This document shows, piece after piece, positions 61,395 to 64,000 of a DNA stretch of 64,000 nt (its first letter is position 1; every line of letters starts with the position of its first letter). The stretch comes from Sphagnum compactum (taxonomy: Eukaryota), in assembly GCA_965153455.1 (NCBI GenBank), contig OZ234493.1, positions 31,672,213-31,736,212 on the forward strand, in the 5' to 3' direction. The notes under the pieces were generated by a model that saw nothing but the letters and a program-made list of their open reading frames with translations, was not told the origin of the DNA and made no database searches. The translations under genes and the position numbers were made by a program.

Positions 61395-62465
61395 GGGAGC
61401 TAGCTCATCACATGTGTCCAAAGACCTTGCTTTATGGGGATCACAAAAGAAACTCGCATAAGTTTTTTCCTTTGAATTTATAATATAATAATTCATGAAT
61501 GGAGCTTTAGTTTGCACCAATAATCCCAGTGGACGTTTCCAGCCTCCCGAGGGCGCCATTCCAGACCAGAACGGCAAACGGAATGGAGCCGGTAGCTGGT
61601 CGTTTCCGAGAACGGTGATGGCGGTGTCTGATTCCTCTTCTTCCTCGGTTTGGTCTTTTGGTACGTGAATCCCTCTTCCTCGCCTCGGATCGGATCGCAT
61701 TTTGTTTTTTTTTCAAAAATTCTCTGCGGCAATTCCTACTTCAATTCTCTTGTTGTGATCCGGATGAAACCTGTGATCTCTACTGTTTGTTTGTTTGTTT
61801 TTTTTCTCGATTCCTTCTTCGCAGGAAAATTGAGGGTGAATTTGTGTACAATAGCGAGCTCCTGTTTCTTTTCCCTTCTTGTTCGGGTTGTTGTCGTTGT
61901 CGTTGCGAAAGGAGGAGAAGGACAACGCCCTGACACGCGGCAGAAAAGCAGTAGGACTTCTTGATGTTGCAGGTGATGATGGTAGAGAGCGAGAAAGAGG
62001 AAAGTGTCTAGCTTTCTCGAGAAGCAAAATCCGAGATGCGAAAGAGTGCGAACACTTGCACTCGGGATTTGAGATGCGAATTTGAGATTGAAGAATTTTG
62101 CGGGAAGAGGAGGATCGATCTTTCTTTGTTTCTTTTTTCTGAGGAGATCAGTGAGATATCGAAGGTGCTGTTACCAGAATCAAAGGATGATGCCTTCTTG
62201 AACGTCATTGGCGCTCTTTGCAATGCGATCTTTGCAATCCTTCGTTGTTCTCCAGAATATTGTTACCATTTCCGTGCCGCTGCATCGTTGCCTCCTCCTC
62301 CTCCTCCTCCTGCCTTTGGTTTGTTTTTCCATGACGACGACGACGATCCGATGCGCGGATCTGGAAAGCCGGATCCGGACAGAAAGTCAGGAGTCTTGAC
62401 CAGAGGCGCGCCTGCAATGTTGCGCTCTTGGAATTGGAGCTGAATTCGCGGTGAGAAGCTTGGAG

Positions 62466-64000
62466 ATGGCATGGAGAGGCCCTGCGAATAACAACCTCGG
62501 AGACGATCTCTGGAGCCTGTCTTCGTTGCTGTTTGCATCTGTAGACCTGCTCTTGGTTTCCTTAGTGTTCCTGAGCGCTGTATTCACTTTCTTCACCTCA
62601 AGCTTCATACGAATATCTGGCCTGCACATTCCTTGCTCATGCTTTGCTGCTCGTCACCGTCTTAAGCACAGACGACATCGGGAGATGATGACAGCAGTAG
62701 CAGCCCGGCGAAGCAAGTCATCGGTCAACAATAGTAGCGGCAACCAAAGCGGCGGAAGTCGGCAGCAATCCTCTGCGGGAAGAAAAATGGAAGAAGTCTC
62801 CTCCAATGCAAGTTCTGGACTTGACAACAACAGAGAGCTTGAAGAGAATGATGAGAATGAACGCCTATTGAAAGCTCTTCGAGATGAGCGTGAGGCGCAA
62901 GCTGCGTTGTATCACGAGTTGGAGAAGGAGAGAAACGCTGCAGCAACGGCTGCAAACGAAGCGATGGCAATGATAACGCGTCTTCAAGAAGAGAAGGCAC
63001 TTGTGCAGATGGAAGCGCGGCAATTCCAGCGGATGGTGGAGGAGAAGACGGCTTACGATCAAGAAGCGATGGAGATTCTCAAGGAAGTCCTTGCAAGAAG
63101 GGAGGAGGAGAAAAATCAGCTTGAAGACGAGATGAGGAAGTGCAAAACAAAGCTACTTGGGAGGGACCAAGCTACAGTTCCAGAAAGAAGAAGAAATGAG
63201 ACAATGCAGCCAGGGTGCAGCAGCAGAGATACTGAAGACAGTGAACTTTTCCCAATCACAACTGCTGGTGTAACAACCAAGAGGTCGACTGCAAGAGCAG
63301 CAGCAGCAGCTAGGGAGACCGAGAAACCACAAGAGGCAGACTCGGTTATCAGCCTCAAGAAGAAATGGGACTCTCAGGGTACTACCGAAGAAGAAGTATT
63401 CCCTGATCAGAACAAAGGTAAGGAACCCCCTCTTCCTCCAGCAAGTTTTTCAGAACGAGAAATAGAAGAGAAGAGGCTGTCAGTGTTAGAGTATGTGTGG
63501 AAATTCGAGGAGCAATTGCATCATCATCAGCAGGGAGGTAGACAACCTCCTTCAGCTCCAACTGGTAGTAGACCTAAAAGTGCTGGTGATGAGCAAAGAT
63601 CTGAAGATGAAAGGAGAAGAACCATGTGCCACCACTCAGAATCATCACCACAGAAAGCTGCAACAGTTGTCTCTGGCAAACTAGAGAAAGAGGAAAATCC
63701 GGGCGAAGATGGTGAAACATGCAGGTCGATGGGTTTAGGGTTCCTAGCAGAAGCTGTTCATGGGGAGGAAGATGATCTGTTCGTGCAGGATATTTATGAA
63801 GTGCATAATGCATCTCATCATGAGCCTCCTAGTGTTGTCATGCAAGACACAGAGGAGGACTGTTGGGGTTGGGACTCCAGGATAAGACATCAATCAGACT
63901 TGGATCGACCAGGGAAGCTCGACCTTTTGATCTTGCATGAGGAGGAAACACGAGATAGTACCAGAGAAGATACCCACTGTCATCACCGGAGTCAAAATGT
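62466..64000 (+). CDS. GTD-binding (Zein-binding/DUF593) myosin-binding protein (MyoB-like), 3'-partial
   Basis: ATG 62466 opens a frame with no stop to the window end. N-terminal TM segment WSLSSLLFASVDLLLVSLVFLSAVFTFFTSSFIRISGLHIPCSC; GTD-binding coil LYHELEKERNAAATAANEAMAMITRLQEEKALVQMEARQFQRMVEEKTAYDQEA; later VQDIYEV. Absent from the ORF track because it has no stop. Confidence 0.92.
   Translation, partial: MAWRGPANNNLGDDLWSLSSLLFASVDLLLVSLVFLSAVFTFFTSSFIRISGLHIPCSCFAARHRLKHRRHREMMTAVAARRSKSSVNNSSGNQSGGSRQQSSAGRKMEEVSSNASSGLDNNRELEENDENERLLKALRDEREAQAALYHELEKERNAAATAANEAMAMITRLQEEKALVQMEARQFQRMVEEKTAYDQEAMEILKEVLARREEEKNQLEDEMRKCKTKLLGRDQATVPERRRNETMQPGCSSRDTEDSELFPITTAGVTTKRSTARAAAAARETEKPQEADSVISLKKKWDSQGTTEEEVFPDQNKGKEPPLPPASFSEREIEEKRLSVLEYVWKFEEQLHHHQQGGRQPPSAPTGSRPKSAGDEQRSEDERRRTMCHHSESSPQKAATVVSGKLEKEENPGEDGETCRSMGLGFLAEAVHGEEDDLFVQDIYEVHNASHHEPPSVVMQDTEEDCWGWDSRIRHQSDLDRPGKLDLLILHEEETRDSTREDTHCHHRSQN

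Overview
Eukaryotic, intron-rich land-plant genomic DNA. The GT-AG gene structures, plant protein families and repeat style suggest a moss such as Sphagnum; this is an inference. Eight host genes were reconstructed by hand: (1) a 5'-partial gene with a Ser-rich transit-peptide-like N-terminus; (2) a Di19 zinc-finger gene containing a U12-type AT-AC intron; (3) a 12-exon PP2A A (scaffold) subunit; (4) an intronless F-box protein; (5) a 10-exon FYVE+ankyrin protein; (6) a BT1 folate/biopterin transporter; (7) a class I/II aminotransferase whose apparent transit peptide has no AUG and may start at CUG; (8) a 3'-partial GTD-binding/myosin-binding protein. The most striking structure is an 11.78-kb Mutator-like element (48982-60761) with imperfect TIRs and a 9-bp TSD, nested inside a short Helitron-like element. 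It carries a spliced DDE/SWIM transposase and, convergent with it, an unrecognised spliced accessory gene (12-aa repeat + C2H2 finger + GRP motif). Its non-coding DNA is seeded with >20 copies of one motif (TTGCAATACC) in several tandem arrays, plus an array of palindromes. This layout recalls MuDR mudrA/mudrB and the VANDAL/VANC anti-silencing system. Both TE genes are disrupted in this copy. Also present are a fossil hAT transposase, MITE-like elements and several minisatellites.
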